From contig JAIMBG010000002.1 in NCBI GenBank assembly GCA_023511555.1, positions 1-51,893 of the forward strand: DNA of 51,893 nucleotides, given 5' to 3'. Made by a program: the position numbers and the translations under genes. Within the stretch, counting starts at the first letter, position 1; each line of letters begins with the position of its first letter. Below, piece after piece: positions 8,740 to 18,550 of the stretch. Below the pieces are notes generated by a model. The model had not been told where the DNA came from. It ran no database searches and saw only the letters and a list, made by a program, of their open reading frames with translations. The stretch comes from Acetobacteraceae bacterium. Its GTDB lineage: Bacteria; Bacillota; Sulfobacillia; JAIMBG01.

Positions 8740-11700
8740 CGTGGTCGGCGCCCTCATCTACCTGGAGGAGAAGGGCAAGAGGTGGAAGGAGCGCATCCAG
8801 GTCAGGGGCGCCGAGGTGGTGGAGAAGGTGAAGGAGCTGATCCACCAGGGGAACGTCACCCGCATCCGGGTGAGGCAGGGCGACCGGGTCATCGTCGAGT
8901 TCCCGGTAACGGTGGGGGTGGTGGGGGCTCTGCTCCTGCCCGTCCTGGCCGCGCTGGGCGTTGTGGCGGCCATGGTCACCAACTGCACCATCGAGGTGGA
9001 GCGGGCCCCGGAGGGGGCGCCGCCGGCAGGGGAAGACGGCGGGGAGCCCGCCCCGGACAAGGGGCCCGGTGGCGAGGGGTGCCGGGCCGAAGGACCGGAC
9101 GGCGGGTGGCGGTCGGGCCACCTGGAGGAGACGTGCGGCCGCGCGGCCTGCCGAGGGGGGAGCCGGGAGCGGCCCTGCCGCCCCGCCGGCGCGGAGGGTC
9201 CGGTCCGGCGCGGGGGGCCGGCGGCCTTGCCGGGAGGAAGGGGGCGTGAGCCTTTGGGAAGGCGGCCTTCGGCCCCGGAGGGGAGGCCGGGGGATGAGCC
9301 CGTGGGCCTGCAGGGGATGATACGGCGCCTGGACAGGTTCTGGGAGGGCCGAGGTTGTGCCCTGCTCCTGCCTTACGACGTGGAGAAGGGCGCCGGGACG
9401 ATGAACCCGGCCACATTCTTCCGCGCGCTGGGGCCGGAGCCCTGGAGGGCTGCCTACGTCGAGCCCTCGCGCCGCCCCACCGACGGCCGCTACGGCGAGA
9501 ACCCCAACCGGGTGTTCCAGCACTTTCAGTACCAGGTGGTGCTGAAGCCCTCGCCCCCCGACGTCCAGCGGGCTTACCTCGACAGCCTGGAGGCCCTGGG
9601 CTTCAACCTTGCCGACCACGACCTGAGGTTCGTGGAGGACGACTGGGAGACGCCCTCGCTCAACGCCTGGGGGGTGGGCTGGGAGGTCTGGCTGGACGGG
9701 ATGGAGGTAACCCAGTTCACCTACTTCCAGCAGGTCGGAGGGTTCGAGGCCCGCCCCGTCACGGCGGAGATCACCTACGGCCTGGAGCGCCTTGCCATGC
9801 TGCTGCAGGACAGGGGCAGCTACTTCCAGGTGGCCTGGGGTCCGGGCTTGAGCTACGGCGAGCTGTGGCGCCAGAACGAGGCGGAGCAGTCCCGCTACTC
9901 TTTCGAGGTGGCCGACCCTGCCCGGCTGTTCCGCCTGTTTGAAGAGTATGAGGCCGAGGCGGCGCGGGCGCTGGACGCCGGCCTGGTGCTGCCGGCCTAC
10001 GACCAGGTGCTCAAGTGCTCCCACACCTTCAACCTGCTTGAGGCCCGGCGGGCGATAAGCCTGGCCCGGCGCACCGCGCTCCTGGGCCGGGTTAGGGCCC
10101 TGGCCCGGCGCTGCGCCGCGGCCTACCTGGAGCAGCGCGAGGCGGCGGGCTTCCCGCTCCTCAACTCCGGTGCCCGGGATGCGGCGGCCCCCGGCGCCGG
10201 AGACGCCGCCCCTGGAACCGGTGCAGCCGCTGCCGGGCCCGTCCCCCGCCGCGATGCGGCCGCTCCGGGTGCCGCTTTGGGGGCGGCGGCGTCCGCGCCC
10301 GGCGCCCGACCTGACCCTTCCCCCGACCATCCCCGCGACCTCCTCCTGGAGATAGGAACGGAGGAGCTTCCCGCCCGCTGGGTGCCGATGGCCCTGGACC
10401 AGCTCGCCCGCGAGGCGCAGGCGCTCTTTTCGCGGGAACTGCTGGAGCACGGGGAGGTGGCCTGCCTCGGCACCCCGCGCCGCCTGGCCCTGCTGGTCTC
10501 CGGCGTCGCCGGCCGCCAGCGGGACCGGGAGCTCAAGGTGAAGGGCCCCCCCGCCCGGGCGGCGTTCGGCGAGGACGGCCGGCCCACAGCAGCGGCTGAG
10601 GGGTTTGCCCGCAGCCAGGGTGTGGGCGTTGCCGACCTCACCGTGGAGGAGGTCTCGGAGCCGGGCAAGAGCGGCAGATACGTGTTCGCCCGACGGGTCG
10701 AGCCGGGGCGGCCCGCGCCCGAGGTGCTGGCCCGCGTCCTGCCGGAGCTCCTGGGCAGGCTGGAGTTTCCCCGCACCATGCGCTGGGGCGAGGGAGACTT
10801 CCCCTTCGCCCGCCCCGTGCGCTGGCTGGTGGCGCTCTGGGGCCAGGACGTGGTGCCGTTCGAGGCTGCCGGCTGCAGATCGGGCCGCACGACCCGCGGG
10901 CTGCGCTTCCCCGCCCCGCCTGCGGCCGGCCGGGACCGGGGGGCGGCCGCCGGGGATCGAGGTGCGGCCGGCTTCGAGGAGCTCATAGAGCTGGAGCACC
11001 CCGGGCAGTACCGGGAGCGCCTGGCCCGGGCCGGTGTAGTGGTGGACCCCCAGGAACGGCGGGCCCTGGTAGTGGAGGGGGTGACGGCGGCGGCGGCCCA
11101 GGTGGGCGGCCGGCCGCTGCTGCCGCCCGACCTGGTGGAGGAGGTCACCTTCCTGGTGGAGTGCCCCCGGGCGGTCCGCGGCAGCTTTGACCCGGCGTAC
11201 CTGGAGCTGCCGCCCGAGGTTCTGGTCACGGCCATGAGGTCCCACCAGCGCTACTTCCCCCTGGTGCGGCCGGGGCCGGGCCCCGAGGGATCCGGCGCCC
11301 CTTCGCCCCCGCCGGAGGCCGGGCCTGGCCCCCATTCCCTGGTGGCGGGCTTCTGCGCCGTGGCCAACGGCGGGCTGGATCCTGAGCTGGTCCGCTCCGG
11401 CCACGAGAAGGTGCTTCTGGCCCGGCTGGCCGACGCCCGGTTCTTCCTCGAGGAGGACCGCCGCCGCCCCCTGGAGGCGCGGGTGGAGGCTCTGAGGGGC
11501 GTGATGTTCCAGGAGGGGCTGGGGACGCTCTACGACCGGGCCCTGAGGCTGGAGGGCCTGGCCGGGCGGCTGGCCGGCTACCTTGACGGAGGCGAGGCCG
11601 TGGGCGGGGCCGCCCGACGGGCCGCCAGGCTGTGCAAGGCCGACCTCATCACCGCCATGGTGGGGGAGTTCCCCTCGCTTCAGGGGGTCATGGGCGGGAT

Positions 11701-12592
11701 CTACGCCCGGCTCGACGGGGAGGGGGAGGAGGTGGCCCGGGCCATTTACGAGCACTACCAGCCTCGCTTTGCGGGGGACGAGCCCCCCTCCACTGCGGCC
11801 GGGGCCCTGGTGGGGGCGGCCGACAGGCTGGACCTCCTGGCCGGATGCTTCATAGCCGGCATCCAGCCCACCGGTTCCGAGGACCCCTACGCCCTGAGGC
11901 GGCAGGGCTCGGGCCTGATCACGCTCCTACGCCGGCTCGACATGGAGGCGCCGCTCGGCAGGCTGGTGGCAGAGGCGCTCCAGGGATACGGACCGCTCCC
12001 CGGCGGCGGCCCTGCCGGGCAGGAGAAGGCGCTTCCGGCGCTGATGTCGTTTCTGGCCGACCGGATCCATACGCTCTTGGAGGAGGAGGGCTTCCGCTTC
12101 GACGTGATCCAGGCCGTGCTGGCCACTGGCAGCGACTCGGTGCCCCGCATCTGGGAAAGGGCCCGGGCCGTCTCCCGCCTGGTTGGCGAGCCCGAGGCCC
12201 TTGACGCCCTCGTCACCGTGTTCCGCCGCACGGCGCCGCTGTCCGGCGCCCGGGCCCAGGGGCTGGGGAAGACGCTGGAGCCGTACCTGGGGCCTGAGGC
12301 CGCCGCGCCGCCCGGAGTGGATGTGGGCCTCTTCCAGGACCCGGGCGAGGCCGAGCTTTACCGGGCGGCGCAAAGGGCCCGGGGGAAGGCGCTGCCGGCG
12401 ATCGCCGCCCGCGATTACGGGGCGGCGCTGGACGCCCTGGTGGAGATCCGGCCGGCCGTGGACCTGTTCCTGGACAAAGTGCTGGTCATGGCGGAGGACG
12501 CCCGAGTGCGTGCCAACCGCCTCAAGCTCTTGCACTCGATAGCCTGCCCCATCCTGGAGGTGGTGGACCCCGGCCGGCTGGTGGTGGCCTAG
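8642..12592 (+). CDS. glyQS: single ORF: DUF4342-like N-terminal module plus fused glycine--tRNA ligase alpha and beta subunits (GlyQS)
   Basis: Codons 1-125 ([37 protein letters not shown]...NCTIEVER) look like a UBA-like/DUF4342 protein. From about 9302, [17 protein letters not shown]...[19 protein letters not shown] is GlyQ. A Gly/Ala/Pro linker (about 10150-10330) leads into the GlyS N-terminus [14 protein letters not shown], which runs to the end. No stop occurs anywhere in frame. Possible internal starts are GTG 9302 and ATG 9317. Confidence 0.85.
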   Translation: MGLEELEKIDAVRKRAGVSYREAREALEQSGGDVVGALIYLEEKGKRWKERIQVRGAEVVEKVKELIHQGNVTRIRVRQGDRVIVEFPVTVGVVGALLLPVLAALGVVAAMVTNCTIEVERAPEGAPPAGEDGGEPAPDKGPGGEGCRAEGPDGGWRSGHLEETCGRAACRGGSRERPCRPAGAEGPVRRGGPAALPGGRGREPLGRRPSAPEGRPGDEPVGLQGMIRRLDRFWEGRGCALLLPYDVEKGAGTMNPATFFRALGPEPWRAAYVEPSRRPTDGRYGENPNRVFQHFQYQVVLKPSPPDVQRAYLDSLEALGFNLADHDLRFVEDDWETPSLNAWGVGWEVWLDGMEVTQFTYFQQVGGFEARPVTAEITYGLERLAMLLQDRGSYFQVAWGPGLSYGELWRQNEAEQSRYSFEVADPARLFRLFEEYEAEAARALDAGLVLPAYDQVLKCSHTFNLLEARRAISLARRTALLGRVRALARRCAAAYLEQREAAGFPLLNSGARDAAAPGAGDAAPGTGAAAAGPVPRRDAAAPGAALGAAASAPGARPDPSPDHPRDLLLEIGTEELPARWVPMALDQLAREAQALFSRELLEHGEVACLGTPRRLALLVSGVAGRQRDRELKVKGPPARAAFGEDGRPTAAAEGFARSQGVGVADLTVEEVSEPGKSGRYVFARRVEPGRPAPEVLARVLPELLGRLEFPRTMRWGEGDFPFARPVRWLVALWGQDVVPFEAAGCRSGRTTRGLRFPAPPAAGRDRGAAAGDRGAAGFEELIELEHPGQYRERLARAGVVVDPQERRALVVEGVTAAAAQVGGRPLLPPDLVEEVTFLVECPRAVRGSFDPAYLELPPEVLVTAMRSHQRYFPLVRPGPGPEGSGAPSPPPEAGPGPHSLVAGFCAVANGGLDPELVRSGHEKVLLARLADARFFLEEDRRRPLEARVEALRGVMFQEGLGTLYDRALRLEGLAGRLAGYLDGGEAVGGAARRAARLCKADLITAMVGEFPSLQGVMGGIYARLDGEGEEVARAIYEHYQPRFAGDEPPSTAAGALVGAADRLDLLAGCFIAGIQPTGSEDPYALRRQGSGLITLLRRLDMEAPLGRLVAEALQGYGPLPGGGPAGQEKALPALMSFLADRIHTLLEEEGFRFDVIQAVLATGSDSVPRIWERARAVSRLVGEPEALDALVTVFRRTAPLSGARAQGLGKTLEPYLGPEAAAPPGVDVGLFQDPGEAELYRAAQRARGKALPAIAARDYGAALDALVEIRPAVDLFLDKVLVMAEDARVRANRLKLLHSIACPILEVVDPGRLVVA

Positions 12593-12612
12593 CCGGGACG
12601 GCACCGGGATGG

Positions 12613-15414
12613 GTGCGCAAGGGGGGCTGGGGGATGGAGGTCGGTGGAGGCTCCGGGCCTGGATGGGACAAGCTGCTCTATATGTTCGAGGAGGGCAACG
12701 CCCGCATGAGGCAGATTCTGGGCGGGAAAGGGGCCAACCTGGCCGAGATGACCCGCATCGGCCTGCCGGTGCCGCCGGGATTCACCATAACCGCCCAGGC
12801 CTGCGTCTATTACAGCGCCACGGGGTCGTTCCCGTCGGGCCTGGATGAGGCCCTGGACGACGGGATCAGGGCGCTGGAACGCCGCACGGGCAAGTCCTTC
12901 GGTGGCGAAGGTGAACCGCTCCTGCTCTCGGTGCGCTCGGGCGCGGCGGTCTCAATGCCTGGCATGATGGATACCATACTCAACCTGGGGCTTAACGACC
13001 GGACCGTCCGGGGGCTGGCCGGGGCCACCGGGGACCTGCGGTTTGCGCTGGACTGCTACCGGCGGTTCCTGACCATGTTCGGCAACGTGGTGCTCCGCAT
13101 CCCCCACGACCGCTTTGAAGACAGGCTCTCGGCGGAGAAGGCCCGCGTGAACGCCAGGTACGACGTGGACCTGGGGCCGGAGTCCCTGGAGAGGCTTTGT
13201 GGAGAGTACAAGCAGCTCATCAGGGCATCGAGCGGCTCGGACTTCCCCCAGGACCCGCGCCAGCAACTGGCCATGGCGGTGAGGGCGGTGTTCGAGTCCT
13301 GGAACAACCCCCGGGCCCGGGTCTACCGCCAGGTGAACCGCATCCCCGACGACCTGGGGACGGCGGTCAACGTGCAGTGCATGGTCTTCGGCAACACCGG
13401 GTCCGACTCCGGCACCGGCGTGGTCTTCACCCGCGACCCTGCCACCGGGGCCCGGGAGCTCTACGGGGAGTACCTCCCCAACGCCCAGGGCGAGGACGTG
13501 GTGGCAGGCATCCGAACGCCCCGGCCCATCTCTCAACTGGCCGGGGACATGCCCCAGGTGTACCAGGAGCTGGTGCGCCTCTGCGAGCTCCTGGAGCGCC
13601 ACTACGCCGACATCCAGGACATCGAGTTCACCGTGGAGCACGGCAGGCTCTACGTGCTCCAGACCCGCGCCGCCAAGCGCACCGCGGCGGCCGCGGTCAA
13701 GGCGGCCTGGGACATGGCCCAGGAGGGGCTGCTCAGCCGGGAGGAGGCGGTGCTGCGCGTCGATCCCGACCAGGTGGTGAAGCTGCTCCACCGCAACATC
13801 GACCCCCGGGCAAAGCTGGAGGTGCTCGCCACCGGCCTCCCCGCCTCGCCTGGCGCCGCCAGCGGCCGGGTGGTGCTGGACGCCGACCGGGCGGAGGAGC
13901 TGGGGCAGCAGGGCGAGCGGGTCATCCTGGTGCGGCCTGAGACCACCCCCGACGACATCCACGGCATCGTGGCCGCCCAGGGGGTGCTCACCAGCCGGGG
14001 CGGCATGACCTGCCACGCCGCCATCGTCGCCCGCCACATGGGCAAGCCCTGCGTGGTGGGCTGCGACGCCGTCAGGGTCGAGCCGGACTCGCGGGAGTTG
14101 CGCATAGGCGAACGACGCCTCCGGGAGGGCGACCTCATCTCCATCGACGGGGCCACGGGGCGAGTCATTCTAGGCGAGGTTCCCCTGGTGGAGCCCGAAC
14201 TCTCCCCCGAGTTCCAGGGCATCCTGGCCTGGGCCGACGAGTTCCGGCGGCTCAAGGTGCGGGCCAACGCCGACACCCCCCAGGACGCCCAGAAGGCCAG
14301 GTCGCTGGGGGCCCAGGGCATAGGGCTGTGCCGTACCGAGCACATGTTCATGGACGCCGGCAGGCTCCCCGTGATGCAGGAGATGATCATGGCCGAGACG
14401 GAGGAGGAGCGGAAGAGGGCCCTGGACAGGCTCCTTCCCATGCAGCAGAAGGACTTCGAGGGCATCCTCAAGGCCATGGAGGGCTACCCCGTGACCATCC
14501 GGCTCCTGGACCCCCCGCTCCACGAGTTCCTGCCCAACGTGGAGGAGCTGGCGGTGGAGGTGGCCAAGGGGCGCCTGCTCCTGGAACTGGAGGGCGGGGA
14601 CGCGGGTCCCAGCGGGGGGGCAGGTGCGGCCGGGGAGGGAGGGGCCCGGGTCGGGCGGAGCTCCCGGGCCATAAGCCCCGGCGACCTGGCCCGCAAGGAG
14701 GAGGTGCTGCGCAAGGCCAGGGCCCTTGCCGAGTTCAACCCCATGCTGGGGCTGAGGGGCTGCCGCCTGGGCATCGTCTACCCCGAGATCTACCACATGC
14801 AGGCCCGGGCCATATTCCTGGCCACCGCCGCGCTGCGCCGCGCCGGGATCGACGCCCGGCCGGAGATAATGATGCCGCTGGTGGGGCATCCCCGGGAGCT
14901 GGAGGTCACCCGGGCCCTGGTGCAGCAGGCCGCCGAGGAGGTGAGGCGGGAGACGGGGGTGGACGTGACCTGCCCCATCGGCACCATGATCGAGGTGCCG
15001 CGGGCCTGCGTCGCCGCCGACCGGGTGGCGGACCACGCCGACTTCTTCTCCTTCGGCACCAACGACCTCACCCAGACGACCTTCGGGTTCAGCCGCGACG
15101 ATGCCGAGGGCAAGTTCCTGCCCATCTACCTGGAGCAGGGGATACTGCGGGACAACCCCTTTGCCGTGCTGGACGGGGATGGGGTGGGCGTACTGGTGGA
15201 GATGGCCTGCCGCCTCGGCCGCAAGACGCGGCCGGACCTCAAGCTGGGCGTCTGCGGGGAGCACGGCGGGGAGCCACGCTCCATCGCCCTCTTCCACCGC
15301 TTCGGGCTGGACTACGTGAGCTGCTCTCCGTATCGCGTGCCCATCGCCCGCCTGGCAGCGGCCCAGGCGCAACTGCGGGAGACGGTGGGCGAGAGGGAGA
15401 AGGTGGGGGAGTAG
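12613..15414 (+). CDS. ppdK: pyruvate, phosphate dikinase
   Basis: GGKGANLAEM, catalytic His region GGMTCHAAIVAR, GLCRTEHMF and the C-terminal PEP-utilising TIM barrel (FFSFGTNDLTQ, CGEHGG). The start is either GTG 12613 or ATG 12634. Confidence 0.95.
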   Translation: MRKGGWGMEVGGGSGPGWDKLLYMFEEGNARMRQILGGKGANLAEMTRIGLPVPPGFTITAQACVYYSATGSFPSGLDEALDDGIRALERRTGKSFGGEGEPLLLSVRSGAAVSMPGMMDTILNLGLNDRTVRGLAGATGDLRFALDCYRRFLTMFGNVVLRIPHDRFEDRLSAEKARVNARYDVDLGPESLERLCGEYKQLIRASSGSDFPQDPRQQLAMAVRAVFESWNNPRARVYRQVNRIPDDLGTAVNVQCMVFGNTGSDSGTGVVFTRDPATGARELYGEYLPNAQGEDVVAGIRTPRPISQLAGDMPQVYQELVRLCELLERHYADIQDIEFTVEHGRLYVLQTRAAKRTAAAAVKAAWDMAQEGLLSREEAVLRVDPDQVVKLLHRNIDPRAKLEVLATGLPASPGAASGRVVLDADRAEELGQQGERVILVRPETTPDDIHGIVAAQGVLTSRGGMTCHAAIVARHMGKPCVVGCDAVRVEPDSRELRIGERRLREGDLISIDGATGRVILGEVPLVEPELSPEFQGILAWADEFRRLKVRANADTPQDAQKARSLGAQGIGLCRTEHMFMDAGRLPVMQEMIMAETEEERKRALDRLLPMQQKDFEGILKAMEGYPVTIRLLDPPLHEFLPNVEELAVEVAKGRLLLELEGGDAGPSGGAGAAGEGGARVGRSSRAISPGDLARKEEVLRKARALAEFNPMLGLRGCRLGIVYPEIYHMQARAIFLATAALRRAGIDARPEIMMPLVGHPRELEVTRALVQQAAEEVRRETGVDVTCPIGTMIEVPRACVAADRVADHADFFSFGTNDLTQTTFGFSRDDAEGKFLPIYLEQGILRDNPFAVLDGDGVGVLVEMACRLGRKTRPDLKLGVCGEHGGEPRSIALFHRFGLDYVSCSPYRVPIARLAAAQAQLRETVGEREKVGE

Positions 15415-15588
15415 AAGAGGGGCGGCGGGAGGGGAGGAAGGGCGGGGCGGGCCGCGGCCTCCGGTCTGCGGTCGGAGCCCCGGGGCGGAGGGCCGCCGGG
15501 GGGGGAGGCCCCACAGGGGCGGTCGGACGCTCTGCGGGGGCGCCGCCGAGGGCCGCCCCTTTCTGGGGGTCGGGGCAGGACGGGGTGC

Positions 15589-18159
15589 CTACCGGGGCCC
15601 CCGCCGGGTCATGCCCAGGGCGTGGAGGTAAAGGTCCGGGACCCGGTAACGGGTGCCGGCTTCGGTGGTACCGTATTCAGCGATGAGTCCGACCTCCAGT
15701 CCGAGCTGGGTGAGGGGGTCGTCCTTTTTCAGCGCGCCGGGGTCGGTGTGTGACTGTTGCAGGGACTTGAGCCTGTCGGCCAGAGGCTCCAGTTGAGGAA
15801 ATTCCTCCCACAGAGCCTGGAGGGCCTTCTCCGACACCTCGCCGAGGGAGCTCTCCAGGGCGCGTGGCCGCAGGATGCTGCGGAGGTAGGGGGTTCCCTT
15901 CTGCTCCTTCATCTCCCACTGTGTTGCCGCCGAAAAGAGCTGAAACAGGGCTCGGGGGCTGTGGTCCCCGCTGCCGTCGGCCAGCCGGTTCCACACCCAG
16001 TTCAGCGTAAAGCCTGAATGCACTCCCTTCATCCTTTCCCCAACCAGGAGGTTCCACACCCCACGGACGAACTCTTCCGGGGCCCAGTCAAACTCCGGCG
16101 GAAAGTACCCGAGCCGCTTCTCGACCAGGTTCCTGAACCTATCGCTCCGAAGCGCCTGCTTGAGGACCGTTCGGGCGTAATCGATCTTGTCGTCGTGCCA
16201 CAACAGCGTTACGCTCTGAGCGTCCAGGTGGCTCTTGTTTTGAAACCGCAGCCTGCCCCAGATGTCCTTTCTGAGCAGGACCTTGAACTTCAGCCGCCGG
16301 AGCTCCGGCGACCTCTCCAGGATGAAGCCCATCAGCCCTTCCAGGGCGGCATTCCGCTCCTCGGCGGTGCCCCAGGCTGCGTCGAGGCCGTCAAACAGGA
16401 GAAAGACGTCCCGCTCGGCCGCCGAATCGAGGGAATGGAGCCACATCCAGCCTGAGAGGCCGGCGTCAGGCAGCCGAAGCGCCCGACGGAGCGCGTCGAG
16501 GTAGATCTCCTCGCTGTTCACCAACCCGGGGCTGGAGAGGAGCTCGTTGAGGGGCTGCGGCAGCCCCACCCGTGAGCATTCCGGGATGCCGGAGCGGGCG
16601 AGGGCCAGAGGGGTGTAAACCGTCCAAAAGTCGCGCCACCGGCATTCGCCGGCCGGCAGGCCCTCCGCCACCTTCGAGAACACGGTCCGGCTGGGAACCC
16701 AGCGATACTGTCCCCGGAGTTTCTCCGGGCACATAATGACCGCCGCCGGCTTCCTGGCCCCTTCTAGAATCCACCGGAACAGGGCGGTCTTGCCCGTGCC
16801 CTTGCGCCCCAACACCAACAGCTTATCGGGAGACATCGCCTGCTCAAACACGTACGTCTTGACGAAGGTCTCGCTAAAGTCTTGCTGCGTCTCGGCGATG
16901 CCGGGAGAAAACTTAAGCGACTCCAGTATGGTTACCTTGTCCCCTATCAATTCCCCCTTGGGCTCGGGCGGAAGGAGGCTTTCGAACCAGTCCGCTATAG
17001 GCTGAAAGAGGCTCAGGGTGTGCTCGTCGGAGGTAAGGATGGAGTCAGACGAAGCCAGGGCCTCCCGGTAGGGAATGAGATGAATGCTGTCCTCAAGGTT
17101 CCGCGTCAGCCGGGAGTCGGACAGCCACTCCCTGAGCCGGTCTTCCGCCTTCCGCCTGTACTCCTCCATGTATCGCTCCGGCACGGGTGAGACCACGAAT
17201 CGCGGCTCGGGGGCGAGCCGCCGGCCTTCGACCGTCCGGCGGGAACGGGCCCTGGTTATGGCGCGGACCAGAGCCGCCGTGCCGGTGTAGGCCTGGGGGT
17301 GGGGGAAGAAGACCACCACGGCGATGTCGGAGAGGTCGAACAGGAGGGGGGCGCTAAGCGGCGTCAGACCCGTGCGAGCGTCGATCAGGACCACGTCGGG
17401 CTTAAACGGCAGGCCCTTGAGCCCCTCCATCAGGCTCTGAAGCGGGTTCCCCTCCTCGCGGTACCAGGCCTCAGGATCGACGAGCCTGAGCCGGCGGGCG
17501 TAGTCGGCGTCGATCCTGCCTGCAGGCAGGCAATACAGTTCATAGGCGTCAGTGAGCCTTATCACGTGCTGGGCTATGTCCGGCGACTCCCCCTGGTCCA
17601 GGGCCAGGAGGACTGAGAGGAGGCCCTGGCCTGCCGGGATACCTTCCTCCTTCCCAAAAAAGGACGGGAGGCCGGGGGCCTCCAGGTCCATGTCCACGCA
17701 CAGGACGGAGCGGCGGGCCCTGCTCGCCAGGCATAAAGCCGTGTACGCCAGGGCCGTCGTCCTGCCAACGCCGCCCCGCACGGAATAGAAGGTCCCCACC
17801 AAAGGAGGGTCAAGATCCGCCTCTGTGTCTGACAGAAAAGTGGGTTCCTCGGGCCGGGGACCCCTGGCCAGGGCCTCCGCCCACAACGGGAGGTCCTCAA
17901 CCTCCAGCTCTATGGGCAGCTTGCCGGCACTCTTCTGCTCCTCGGGGGTGAGCAGGTCCAGCCACTGGATCGGCAGATCCTCCAGCCCCTTGAGCGCAAC
18001 TCTCCGCCTCTCCGCACGGTCCAGGCCGTTGAAGTCCCGCGAAACCACCGCTATCCGCCAGCCAAAGAACGGATCGGCTTGTACGCGGAGGTCATCGATA
18101 GTCTTATTGCCGGCACGCATGTTAGCTTCTATGGCCTTGCGGACGCCGTCCCGGTCCAC
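15589..18159 (-). CDS. multidomain NTPase: N-terminal small domain, ParA/MinD-like module with RGGVGRT variant Walker A, and a second canonical P-loop NTPase with a C-terminal helical region
   Basis: GTFYSVRGGVGRTTALAYTALCLA...LCVDMDLEAPGL...VVLIDARTGL matches the ParA/MinD deviant-Walker layout, with K replaced by R at both lysines (nt 17755-17778). The second module has LLVLGRKGTGKTALF (nt 16786-16809) and Walker-B-like VFLLFDGLD. An alternative start at ATG 18120 lies 1 nt after the HEPN stop. Confidence 0.7.
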   Translation of the reverse strand: MDRDGVRKAIEANMRAGNKTIDDLRVQADPFFGWRIAVVSRDFNGLDRAERRRVALKGLEDLPIQWLDLLTPEEQKSAGKLPIELEVEDLPLWAEALARGPRPEEPTFLSDTEADLDPPLVGTFYSVRGGVGRTTALAYTALCLASRARRSVLCVDMDLEAPGLPSFFGKEEGIPAGQGLLSVLLALDQGESPDIAQHVIRLTDAYELYCLPAGRIDADYARRLRLVDPEAWYREEGNPLQSLMEGLKGLPFKPDVVLIDARTGLTPLSAPLLFDLSDIAVVVFFPHPQAYTGTAALVRAITRARSRRTVEGRRLAPEPRFVVSPVPERYMEEYRRKAEDRLREWLSDSRLTRNLEDSIHLIPYREALASSDSILTSDEHTLSLFQPIADWFESLLPPEPKGELIGDKVTILESLKFSPGIAETQQDFSETFVKTYVFEQAMSPDKLLVLGRKGTGKTALFRWILEGARKPAAVIMCPEKLRGQYRWVPSRTVFSKVAEGLPAGECRWRDFWTVYTPLALARSGIPECSRVGLPQPLNELLSSPGLVNSEEIYLDALRRALRLPDAGLSGWMWLHSLDSAAERDVFLLFDGLDAAWGTAEERNAALEGLMGFILERSPELRRLKFKVLLRKDIWGRLRFQNKSHLDAQSVTLLWHDDKIDYARTVLKQALRSDRFRNLVEKRLGYFPPEFDWAPEEFVRGVWNLLVGERMKGVHSGFTLNWVWNRLADGSGDHSPRALFQLFSAATQWEMKEQKGTPYLRSILRPRALESSLGEVSEKALQALWEEFPQLEPLADRLKSLQQSHTDPGALKKDDPLTQLGLEVGLIAEYGTTEAGTRYRVPDLYLHALGMTRRGPR

Positions 18160-18550
18160 GCCCCCACCTCCTGCCCCGCCTTATCCGAGTGTATATGTAG
18201 CCCATTAGGCGAGTTGCTCCTTGGTAGAGAGCCTCCTCGTCCACGCCCGGGGGCAGGCTCTTCTCATACCTCAGGGCGGGTTCCCAAGCTTGGACGAACT
18301 GGCGGAGACGCCCATGCAGATCGGTTCGCTTGAACCTTGACAGTTCCCACAGGCCGTTGAGGTTGTGGCCTCCATGCCCGCTGGTCGGGACGTCTCGGCC
18401 CAGAAGGGTCAGGTACCCTTTGAGGCAGCACTCCACGGCGTACCCGATCATGTAGACGGCGGCCGGGCCGCGGCCGTTGCTCTTCAAAACCTTCGCGTCC
18501 CTGCCCCGTTCGTGGGCGACCTCCACCCACTCAGCGGCGTTCTGGGGCAT
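18122..18550 (-). CDS. HEPN-domain protein
   Basis: Helical HEPN pattern AAVYMIGYAVECCLKGYL, then GRDVPTSGHGGHNLNGLW (candidate R-x6-H), ALRYEK and a C-terminal helix. GGAGG lies 8 nt before the ATG. The gene is tightly coupled to the downstream NTPase gene. Confidence 0.75.
   Translation of the reverse strand: MPQNAAEWVEVAHERGRDAKVLKSNGRGPAAVYMIGYAVECCLKGYLTLLGRDVPTSGHGGHNLNGLWELSRFKRTDLHGRLRQFVQAWEPALRYEKSLPPGVDEEALYQGATRLMGYIYTRIRRGRRWGRGPGRRPQGHRS

Noticed and set aside
9010-9300. Possible glycine T-box leader upstream of glyQ, as found in many Bacillota; GGGTGGCGGTCGGG near 9103 vaguely resembles the T-box core.
   Set aside because: The motif does not match GGGTGGNACCGCG. No specifier-loop, K-turn or terminator-antiterminator architecture or U-tract was found. 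The interval stays open with high third-position G/C in the glyQ frame, which favours coding sequence.
8465-11755. 1096-aa minus-strand ORF, with similar long antisense or off-frame ORFs at 839-2122(-), 3787-4986(-), 6991-8682(-), 12952-14037(-), 14170-15372(-), 19962-21494(-), 24419-26104(-), 29426-30889(-), 36900-37985(-) and 46554-47795(-).
   Set aside because: They lie antisense to or out of frame with genes that have clear homology signatures. Their translations are R/P/G/A/H-rich low-complexity sequence, typical of stop-poor alternative frames in high-GC DNA.
15500-15588. Bidirectional terminator between the convergent ppdK and NTPase genes (AGGGGCGG...CCGCCCCT followed by TTCT).
   Set aside because: The stem arms are separated by about 32 nt and the T-tract is minimal. 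The evidence is too weak to call.
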